Positions 13,405 through 25,400 of a stretch of DNA of 64,000 nt are shown here, piece after piece. Positions within the stretch are counted from its first letter, which is position 1; every line of letters begins with the position of its first letter. The notes below the pieces were generated by a model. That model did no database searches, was not told the DNA's origin, and worked only from the letters and a program-made list of their open reading frames with translations. The position numbers were made by a program, and so were the translations under genes. Origin of the DNA: Lingula anatina (Eukaryota; Animalia; Brachiopoda); NCBI GenBank assembly GCA_051362555.1, contig CM120643.1:29888848-29952847 (forward strand), given 5' to 3'.

Positions 13405-16400
13405 GTGGGTACACAGACTACACGATGAATACATTAATAAATAAATATCATCATTAGTGCAGGATTAAATTTTACGGGTACATTAATTTGAAAATTAATT
13501 GAATTAAATTCACATAACTTGGGTGATATTAATATTAGTAGAACAGTAAGAGCCAAAGGCTACGCATATATATGATCATATAACTAATGGAAGAATTTAA
13601 CTGGTTTGCACAGTCAGTTTTTCTCCACTTTAATTCAGTTTATCATCATGGAAATTTTGATATACAGCTATACATGTGGATACTATCTGTGATATAAAGT
13701 TGTCTGTACACTTGCAGGATATGTGGGTATCAACTGTGATATAAAGTTGTCTGTACACTTGCAGGATATGTGGGTATCAACTGTGATATAAAGTTGTCTG
13801 TACACTTGCAGGATATGTGGGTACCAACTGTGATATAAAGTTGTCTGTACACTTGCAGGATATGTGGGTACCAACTGTGATATAAAGTTGTCTGTACACT
13901 TGCAGGATATGTGGGTATCAACTGTGATATAAAGTTGTCTGTACACTTGCAGGATATGTGGGTATCAACTGTGATATAAAGTTGTCTGTACACTTGCAGG
14001 ATATGTGGGTATCAACTGTGATATAAAGTTGTCTGTACACTTGCAGGATATGTGGGTACCAACTGTGATATAAAGTTGTCTGTACACTTGCAGGATATGT
14101 GGGTACCAACTGTGATATAAAGTTGTCTGTACACTTGCAGGACATGTGGGTATCAACTGTGATAGAAAGTTGTCTGTACACTTGCAGGACATGTGGGTAT
14201 CAACTGTGATATAAAGTTGTCTGTACACTTGCAGGACATGTGGGTATCAACTGTGATATAAAGTTGTCTGTACACTTGCAGGATATGTGGATACTATCTG
14301 TGATATAAAGTTGTCTGTACACTTGCAGCATATGTAGGTATCAACTGTGATATAAAGTTGTCTGTACACTTGCAGGATATGTGGGTATCAACTGTGATAT
14401 AAAGTTGTCTGTACACTTGCAGGATATGTGGGTATCAACTGTGATATAAAGTTGTCTGTACACTTGCAGGATATGTGGGTATCAACTGTGATGTAAAGTT
14501 GTCTGTACACTTGCAGGATATGTGGGTACCAACTGTGATGTAAAGTTGTCTGTACACTTGCAGGATATGTGGGTATCAACTGTGATATAAAGTTGTCTGT
14601 ACACTTGCAGGATATGTGGGTACCAACTGTGATGTAGAGATCAATGAGTGCTCGGGATCCAGAAAATGCAATCATGGAGGCACCTGTGTTGATCAGATTG
14701 CTGGCTTCTCATGTCTCTGTCCTAATGGTAAGATTTTAATCACTTCAAGCCTTCCAACACAATATTATAATCTAAACATACTACGCAGGGATTAATTTTT
14801 CTCAGATAATTGTCTACCTGTCTACCTATTGTATTTATCAGATATACTAAACACGTACCGTCCCTGCAGAGGTCAAGTAATTGAACCTCAGAGCAATGGT
14901 TAAATCTGTTTAATGGCTCATGTGGTGGCAGGGAGACCATCAGCAGATTAGTCAGCTCTGTTTTCATGTATGGACCATCATATATGACCTGTGGATCAGT
15001 AGATCTGAGGGTCATCTGTTGTGAATGCTCTCTTACACAATGTCTTTTCGATTGACAATCTATTCTTTAATTGAAATGGGGCATGCTTATTCTTGTTATT
15101 TTGTGATCACATTCCAGGTACAATAGGATCGACCTGCAACATCAATGACTACTGTAACATCATCTCGCCATGTCAGAACAATGGCCAGTGTGTGGACATC
15201 AGCGTTCCATGCACTGACAACTCAGGAACTTTCTGTAATGCTACATATGAGTGTCAATGTCAAAGTGGTGAGTTTAGTGTCAGCATGTAGTGAATTGGAT
15301 GTCAATGTCAAAGTAGTGAGTTCAGTGTCAATGTCAAAGTAGTGAATTCAGTGTCAATGTCAGAGTAGTGAGTATTTTCAGTATCAGAGTAGTGAGTTGA
15401 GTGTCACTTACAGAGGTGTGAGCTGAGTGTCAATGTGGGGCTGTAGCAATACTCCAAAGGTTCAACAGTCTGTAGGTTCATTGGTCCGAATGTTCACTAT
15501 ATAAACTTCGGACCAATGAACTCTTGATTAGAAAACCGATGAAAATGTTACCATTTTTCGGACCAATGAACCTTTGGAGTATCAAGACGCCCCTGTCAAT
15601 GTCAGAGTGGCCAGTTGAGTGTCAATGTCAGTGCAGTGACTATTTTTGTTCCAGCATATGCATGTTTATTTTGACATTAAGTGATAACAGATGCTTTAAT
15701 ATATACCGGTATGTCCAAACTTTCAGGTTTCACTGGTATAAATTGTGAAATAAACATAGATGAATGTGCATCCTCCCCCTGCCAGAATGGTGCTACATGC
15801 ATTGATCAGGTGAATGGTTACATTTGTTCCTGTCCATCAGGTAGGTGCACAGGGCAGTCAAACCACAGTAATGAGTCTATGGTATTATTTATTTTATAAA
15901 ACATGATCATTATCAGCTATATCATGCCAACATTCTGACATGTTCATGACCTTCAAGATTGCTCTTCTGTCCTGAACATAGCTAATGAAGCCCCATTGAA
16001 AACAACATGCTAAAAAAACAGGTGTGCTTCTGTGACAACAAACATAATCACAATAAGTATATATTATTAATGAGTCATAGATGAAGAAACAATGACAATG
16101 CTTAAAATGTTGAAGTTTTGTTTCAAGCAAATTGTTTTTTGGCTATTATACATATAAAAAATTGTTATTGAATTCAGAAAATGTTCCCTATATTAATTAT
16201 AATTCATCGGGTTGTTTTTTAATAACATATCCACTGTTGATAGGCTTTACTGGAACCACCTGCCAAGTGAACATCAATGACTGCCAGTCCACATCCTGCA
16301 ACCAGCGTGGGACATGTGTGGACGGTGTGAACTCCTTCACTTGTAACTGTGCAACTGGGTACACTGGCGCCACCTGCAACAGATGTGAGAACTACCTGCT

Positions 16401-19400
16401 ATTAATTACTTAACTGAGTGGAAATATTCAGGAACAGTTATAAGAACACATTAGTCATGATTCCATTTTGTATTTCTATAACAACTTCAGACATGATTGT
16501 CATAAGAACACATTAGTCATGATTCCGTTTTGTATTTCTATAACAACTTCAGACATGATTGTCATTACACAACATTGTCCATCCAAGACCCAAATGAATG
16601 CATATTAATGGTAATAATTCCACAAACTAAAGCCCTATCAGTGATAATATACCCAAGAGCCAGCTAACCCAATGTTTTCTCTCTCTCCTGATAGTAATAA
16701 TTCCACAAACTAATGCCCTATCAGTGATAATATATCCAAGAGCCAGCTAACCCAATGTTTTCTCTCTCTCCTGGTAGTGGTGGAGACCAGACTGGTGTCA
16801 TACTCCTTCGAGGACTCCTGTTTCAAGCCTGGAGATGACAAAGGAATCACTGTCAACATGGATGTCACCTTCCCATACTTCCAGCACAAGGTTTCCTCTG
16901 TGTTTGTAAGTAAAAATCCACTGAGGCTGGAAGGGATAAATCATAGAAATCATTATCATCCTATAAAATACTTATAAATGATACACTTGATGTGAAAGGA
17001 GTTATGTAAGTTTATTTGTCTAGAACACAGAATAGACTGTTCCTTAGACTGAGCATAAATAAGCTCATTTATACTGTGCCTTTCTTTCACAGATCAGTGA
17101 CAATGGCTACCTGACCTTCAACACTCGACTGCCATTCTTGTTTCGGCCATATCCCTTCAGCCAGCTAAGGGTGCCTTTGCTTGGTGTGTTCTGGTTAGAC
17201 CAGGATTTCACCAACCCTGGACTCACTAATGCTGAGTCCAGACTCTGTTACCAGGCCTATGATGTCATCAAGGGACTCAGTGACACAGGAAACTATGTCA
17301 AAGATGTTGCTGAATATGAAGTGAATAATAACCCAAATATGCAGCTCAGCTTCAAGTTTAAAGCCAGTTTTATCTTTGTGGTCACTTGGGAGAAGGCTGT
17401 CCCCTTTCCCTCTGAATTATACTATGGACGTGAGGTAAGAGAAACCAGGCAATTAGAAAAATGTGTTTTGTAAAATAGTCATCCAGTTAAAATATAGCAA
17501 GACTTAGTATAATAAGTGAGCAGTTTCAGTGGAAAGAAAAATAGTTTGAATCAACAGAAAAATGAGGAAAATGTTACATTGATAAGTATTAATAAAAGGT
17601 TGAAATTACTTTTTTGAATTAAGACATGTCAATTTTAAAAAGTGTGCATTTGATATCTGAATGCTTTCAGAACTTCACCTACCAAGCAGTCATTGCTACT
17701 GATGAAAAGTATACCTTTGCCATTCTGAATTATGGTGATATGTTTATGAGGTCAGGAAGTAGGTCCCGCCCTGTTTATGTTGGGTATGCTACAGGGGATT
17801 TGTCCTGTCCGTCATTCAACCACGCCCAATGTTATGGACAGAATTACCTGTCTAATCTTCCTGCTGTCTACAACATCAACTCATTGAAAGGGAACACTGG
17901 TATGTGAATATGCTTTCTCTCATTTCTTTTTAATATGCCCCTCGCCTATTTTTATAAGAAATAAGATTGGATATATCACTGATGCAGCAATGGCTACTTG
18001 TAAGAAGGACAGAAATCATCTAAAGTTTGTGCTTGGATGAACAGAGGATCAGTGTCAGTTGAACACAGTGGAACATTCAGTTATATTCAGGAAACTTCCA
18101 GGTGAAGGAACACCATTTTTGTATTTCATGTAGTAACGTTTTGAAGATATTTTCAAGATTAAAAACACCTCGACTTATTTACAGGTTCAACAGGAAAAGA
18201 GATGTACAGACTTGACAACAGTGACAACCAGATCAACTACGACCAGCTGTGTCTGGATTGGGCCCTGGCCCAGAACACGGGACTCTTGCATTTGCTTGAC
18301 CAGTCCAACGGCCCCTGTCCCTGCACTGCATTGCAAGCACTACAAGACTTCAGCTACAGATTTGACACCAGCACTTTCTGTGCCATCAGCAGGTTTCCTG
18401 CAGAGCTAGGGGGAGGAAGGGTAGGAGAGAATTTGGACATTTTCATTACATTAACAATTGCTAGAAATATCAAGGCCAAACTTCGCACAATATCTTTTCC
18501 TCTATCCTCCTATCCTGTACCCTCTGTATTCAATATGTAGTCTGTTGGTTGGTTTTTCAGCAATGCTGTTACAACTCCCAGTTATGGCTGATCACCAGTG
18601 GCCCCACAGCTGGCACCATGATTAAGAGCTTGTACCCTGGAAGTCTTCGAGAGAGGGAGGACACCCTCCCTAAAGAGTGGTGCTGTCAGAAATCCAATAA
18701 CCCCGATGTTTACTGCCTGACGTACCAGAGATACCGACCTGTGGACACCTGCCTTGGCTATGGGATACGCTTCCGTAAGTGATACCATTATATGCTTGTG
18801 GGTGAATAATATCTACAATATATATTTCATCATTGTTTGCATACTAATACAAATATATGAAGATGCTTTGAGGGACAACTAAATATTGAAGATAATATTA
18901 GCTGCCAATAGTTACTTATAAGTTAAAAAAATACTTTATTCTTATAACATATAACAGCTGATGAACTTCTCTGATACATACATGTAGATGGTAAGTAATA
19001 TGCTGTAACTAATTGCATTAGTATATATATGGATGGAAATGGTTATCTATAGAAAGTATCAGATTGATTTATAAAGAGAAGCCTTTTGCATATAAAACCA
19101 ATGTATCAGCTGAGATAATTGTTAAACAGACAAATAAAAAAGAATAGTGCTTATTATGGTGCATTCAGAACTCATTAAGTGGTAGTCTGTATTGTATGAA
19201 CCAATATACTGTGTATTTTTCCAGCTTTTGCTGATGGTGATCCACATTTGGCCACCATAGATGGCAAGGACTACACCTTCAATGGCCACGGAGAATACGT
19301 CATGGTGGAGACTGTGGAGGGAGCCTCATCTGATGGCTACATCCCTTTCTCCTTCCAAGGACGTACACAGCCTGCGTTACGTGATGGTCAGGCAACCAAT

Positions 19401-22400
19401 GCCACCATGTTCAGTGCCTTCGCTGCTAAATCTAACAACTCTGACACACTGCATGTAGAAATGGTGACCAATAACACTGGTAAGTCTATGTATTGTCTCT
19501 AGAATAAAACACATTGCATGTAGAAATGGTGACCAATAACACTGGTAAGTCTATGTATTGTCTCTAGAATAAAACACACTGCATGTAGAAATGGTCACCA
19601 ATAACACTGGTAAGTCTATGTATTGTCTCTAGAATAAAACACACTGCATGTAGAAATGGTGACCAATAACACTGGTAAGTCTATGTATTGTCTCTAGAAT
19701 AAAACACACTGCATGTAGAAATGGTGACCAATAACACTGGTAAGTCTATGTATTGTCTCTAGAATAAAACACACTGCATGTAGAAATGGTGACCAATAAC
19801 ACTGGTAAGTCTATGTATTGTCTCTAGAATAAAACACACTGCATGTAGAAATGGTGACCAATAACACTGGTAAGTCTATGTATTGTCTCTAGAATAAAAC
19901 ACACTGCATGTAGAAATGGTGACCAATAACACTGGTAAGTCTATGTATTGTCTCTAGAATAAAACACACTGCATGTAGAAATGGTGACCAATAACACTGG
20001 TAAGTCTATGTATTGTCTCTAGAATAAAACACACTGCATGTAGAAATGGTGACCAATAATACTGGTAAGTCTATGTATTGTCTCTAGAATAAAACACATT
20101 GCATGTAGAAATGGTGACCAATAACACTGGTAAGTCTATGTATTGTCTCTAGAATAATTCTTGGTTGTATCTAACCCAGTGGCATCAAACCATGGTCAGT
20201 CAAATAACACTGGTGCCAGTAAGAACCTTTTGTACCCATGGCCATCTCATCAAACCCTGGCCCAAAGTTGAAGAGCTAATTTCACAAACAAACCTTACTG
20301 CTTAGGGTACCAAAAGCAAACATGGTAGAAAGCAAAGTCTGCTATTATATATATAGCTAAGATAGGACAAATATATGGTTATATTTCATTTTGAGTCAGT
20401 AGTAGTGTGAACTCCATGTGAATTTTGCCAATCACAGCAGTAGTCAGTGGTGTTTCTAAGGGATATGGTCCCCCTCTGAAGCTATTATTATAGAAATCTA
20501 AAAGAAGTGAGACAGAGGTGCAATATCAGTGATAGATGGTACCAGACCAGCACAGGTACCCCTGTTAAAATCCTAATATTAAGATCCAGTTATATTGTGC
20601 AATGATTTCTTCCTCAGCCTTAGAAGTCTGGGCATACCGTGAAAGCACTGGCCAATGGGAGCTGGTAAATCTGACTTCTGCAATTCCAACTTTCGACAAT
20701 ATGGAAGTGATCTATAATGCTACAGGCAGCAGTGTAACTGGGGTGTTTTCTTCAGGTAAGACTTTTCTCTCTGACTGTTATGTACATATTGGTATATACC
20801 GACCCTCAATCTAAGTTATGTTTTGCATTGAGGTGCTGTGGCTGAAACTATTGTAAAGCAAGCTGGGTTTAGTCTTGGATAATTGTGAAACCAAGATTAT
20901 AATTCACAACTAGGTTAATTAATCCAATGCCAAAATAATGTCCACTGATATTTCAATTTGCCACCAGGTATAATTACCTACTTTTCAGAGGACACAAAAA
21001 CATGCTTTTAAGGCAATTTCTGGAGGCTACCTATATTGAACATAAAGCATATTTTAACAACATAACACATTTCAATCCAGGCTGGTCTATCACCATTTCC
21101 CTCAGTGAAGGTGTGCTCAGTTTCTTGGCTGGAGCACCTGGGACTGCCATCAACAGGACACGAGGTCTACTGGGGGTGTTCAATAATGACATCACAGATG
21201 ACTTCACCACACCTGACGGCACTATTCTGCCTATCAATTCAACAGAAAGACAGATCCATTACAACTTTGGACAGCTGTGTAAGTGATGCAATTCATCTCA
21301 GTGATGTACAATGCAAACATTTGGAATCTTATACTAGAAATTTATAACCCATTCATGAGGTATTATATTATATTATATTATGGCATCAATGTAGAACAAA
21401 TGTTCCAACAACATACAGAAATTCAATTCTCCACTCTACCTCATTTGACTGAGAGCTACATGTATATATCCTTGGACCTGTTGTGAAGTATATATCAGAA
21501 GTTCACAACTTGGTGGTAAACAGCCATTTCCTTCAAAAACTCTGTCTTTTAAATCTGTATGTTGACTTACAAATATTTAAAACTAATTATCATCTTTCCA
21601 TCACAGGGATGGTCCAAGAAGGGGCTTCCCTCTTCCATTACAAGGGTGAACTGACAACCTCCAGTTTCCAGGAACCCTCTTTCCAGCCAGTTTTCTTTGA
21701 CGAAATCAGCTGGCCAAATGAAACCATCAAAGCCGAGTATTACACCATCTGTAATAATGTTACACAGTGTGTTTATGACTACTGGCTTACTCTGAACAAG
21801 AAGCTGGCAGAAGCCACAGCTACGAAGCAGGCAGAAAATGCTGTTAAGGCTGGGGAAGCAAGTGAGTGCCATTAATGTTTTATCACCTAAAACATTTCCT
21901 TTTACTGTTAAAAAGATCAGTTACCTACGAGTAGTACCCTATCTTTAATACAGACAGAAAGAACAAAAAGCCATTTATCTCTGATAATGTTTGAAACATT
22001 GTATTATAAGAAGACAGGAAATATTATTGACAATTTACCTCTGTAAACATACTGTATGCATGGTATGAGTACTGTAGATTACCCAGTGATGTAGTGTCTA
22101 TAGTGGCATATGTAAACATTGATCACTGAGTTTGTCCTTTGTTAATCTGACTGTTTCTTGTGTCCAGAGAATGCTGTCCCCAGAATCAGGCTGATTCCAG
22201 CCACAGTCAATGTCACAGGAGGTGACCTGGTCACTGTTAGTGTATCTGTCACTGATGATGATGTCACAGACGTGGTCAGCTTGTCATACACTGGAAATAC
22301 CACGGGAACTAGTTTTAACAACAGCACTGGACTCTTTACCTGGACCCCAGCTCTCACAGCACAGGTGTTTATGATCAGGTGAGATAGATATCCAACAATA

Positions 22401-25400
22401 CTATATAGCAGTCACAGCACAGGTGTTCATGATCAGGTGAGATAGATATCCAACTTTACTACATAGCAGTCACAGCACACCTATACACAACTATACTATA
22501 TAGCAGGCACAGCACACCTATACACACATATCACTTTTAAGATGTCTGTCAAGTTCAAATTTCAGATATATCTCATACTTATATATATATATATATATAT
22601 ATATATCACCTGAATAAATATTTTTTAAACCAAAGAAAATCTTGGTTGGTCTCAGCTGTTTCATCCGACTATTTAATTATTAAAACATGTTTCAACAGGA
22701 CTACTTTCATTACACTATTAACTTTGGATATGGCCCAAAGTGGCCTTATTCTATGTATTATCATGGTAGACAGATCCTAATGTATTTATACAGTATAATA
22801 ATTCACTGAGTAACTGTTTACTTTGGTCATGTGTAGGTTCATAGCTGACGATGGCAATGGTGGGGTGTCAGAGGCATCAGTCCGGATAAGTTACTGCAGT
22901 GGATGCTCTTCAAGTGGCACATGTAACTTTGACAGGCAGACCCTGCCAGATGTGAACTTCCCCAACTTTGCCGTGGCAACTTGTGAATGTGCTCTAGGAT
23001 ATACAGGTAGGTGTTCAATAGGTACAGGTAGTTACTCTAGGATATACAGGTAGGTGTTCAATAGGTACAGGTTGTTACTCTAGGATATACAGGTAGGTGT
23101 TCAATAGGTACAGGTAGTTACACTAGGATATACAGGTAGGTGTTGAGTAGGAACATTTGTAGTTACTACATGTATAGGATATACACGTAGGATAATGTTG
23201 AGTTGGTACAGGTATTTACTCTAGGATATACACGTAAGATAGTGTTGAGTTGGTACAGGTAGTTACTCTAGGATATACACATAGGATAGTGTTGAGTTGG
23301 TACAGGTAGTTACTCTAGGATATACACGTAGGATAGTGTTGAGTTGGTACAGGTAGTTACTCTAGGATATACAGGTAGGTGTTGAGTAGGAACATATGTA
23401 GTTACTACATGTATACGGTAGGATATACACGTAGGATAGTGTTGAGTTGGTACATGTAGTTACTCTAGGATATACAGGTAACTGAAATGTAAGAGGATTT
23501 TCTATTGGTTAATTAATACAACTAAATAAAGTTTATATAAAACTAATATTAGATTAATTGAAAAAACATTCAGTGTTAATCTCTGAAACTATTTTTTCAT
23601 AAGTACTAAAAAGGTATGAAGTGTTGATCTGTGTCCCTGTAGGTGATGACTGCAGTATAGATCTGGATGGCTGTCTAGCTAACCCATGTCCACAGGATGT
23701 GAACTGCACTGATGTTCCAGCCCCTCTCCACAGCAGTTCTGGAGTAGCCTTCACCTGCTCTGACTGCCCATCAGGGTTCACACTGGACAACAACACCAGA
23801 AAGTGTGTGGGTAAGTGGACATGACACCAGGAAGTGTGTGGATGTGTGGACATGACACCAAAAAGTGTATGGGTGTGTGGAAATTACACCAGGAAGTGTG
23901 TGGATGTGTAAACATGACACCAAAAAGTGTATGGGTGTGTGGAAATTACACCAGGAAGTATGTGGATATGTGGACATGACACCAAAAAGTGTATGGGTGT
24001 GTGGAAATTACACCAGGAAGTGTTTGGGTAAGTGGACATGACACCAGGAAGTGTGTGGGTAAGTGGACATGACATCAGGAAGTGTGTGGGTGTGTGGACA
24101 TGACACCAGGAAGTGTGTGGGTAAGTGGACATGACACCAGGAAGTGTGTGGGTAAGTGGACATGACACCAGGAAGTGTGTGGGTGTGTGGACATGACACC
24201 AGGAAGTGTGTGGGTAAGTGGACATGACACCAGGAAGTGTGTGGGTGTGTGGACATGACACCAGGAAGTGTGTGGGTAAGTGGACATGACACCAGGAAGT
24301 GTGTGGGTGTGTGGACATGACACCAGGAAGTGTGTGGGTAAGTGGACATGACACCAGGAAGTGTGTTTGTAAGTGGACATAGCACCAGGAAATGAAGTGG
24401 ACATACTAGTGGCAGTACAAGAGGTGTGCCTAACCAGCTTTTTTCTGTTTATAAGGGGGGTATGACAATTACATGTGTCACCAATTGTAAATTATTTGAA
24501 ATGCTTAATGTTAAATACTTTGTAGTACTGCTTTACATAAAGTCCCTTGAGAAAAAAATTTTTGTATCACAGCAGTTTAATTATGCACACGGTACAGCAA
24601 TTAAAACGTACTGAGATATATGACTATTTAAACCAAACTTGTTATTAAATTATCCATGCTGGTGAGCTCAAATATCCACAACAAACTGGGTTCAAAAATC
24701 AAACATGGCTGTGCATGCTCAAAAACAGAACCTTTTTTCTCTAAGAGTTCAAGTAATTATCTACATGAAGGGCTCATGATCAGCTAAACCTGCACAGTTA
24801 AAGATGCTCTATGACTGACTATTTCCAGATATTGATGAGTGTGCTATGGGCTCCAATGTGACCAATAACTGTGAACAGTTGTGTGAAAACACAGAGGGCA
24901 GCTACACATGCACCTGCTATGATGGATATAGAAGCAATGGATCACGCTGTTATGGTAAGTTGACATGTATATATCTTTTTTTTGCTGTCTCTTCAGTTGT
25001 GAATTTAATTAGTGATGAAGTTTCCAAGACCTTCAATATAGAGGGTAGGGAATACCTTTTGCATTCTGCGTGATTGGCCTTTTTTTTCAAGCATGATGCA
25101 TTATTTAAGCCCTATATTCTGCATGAAATGTGATTTAGGAATTCTGGGTGATTGAGCCATTTTCATCTTGGTGGTTGGTGGGAGGGGGGGGAGTATTCCT
25201 ACCCTCAATATACTGTGACTGTGGACATCCATGAAATCTAGCAGTGACTGAAAAGATCACATAGAAAAATTTCCTGTAGGAGTCCAATTGGACTTCAGTA
25301 GGACTCTGTATAACATTCTATTTGACTGCAAATGAATTCTACTAAAGATTCTGCAGGATTTATAGGACAGTCTATCAGACATGTCAAAGGAGAACCATCT

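Noticed and set aside
462-13414. Long Cys/Ser-rich and Val-rich minus-strand ORFs
   Set aside because: They are shadows of the ACN-rich mucin repeat, which lacks antisense stops; there is no independent gene signal.
13405-13457. ORF-track C-terminus [17 protein letters not shown] as the true end of the mucin
   Set aside because: The EGF lacks its sixth Cys unless spliced at 13404 to GYVGTNC; the extension is intron read-through.
13683-14675. Several 87-95 aa minus-strand ORFs
   Set aside because: They are frame-cycling translations of the 47-bp array.
23771-24404. His/Thr/Pro-rich minus-strand ORFs
   Set aside because: They are translations of the 31-bp donor array in shifting frames.
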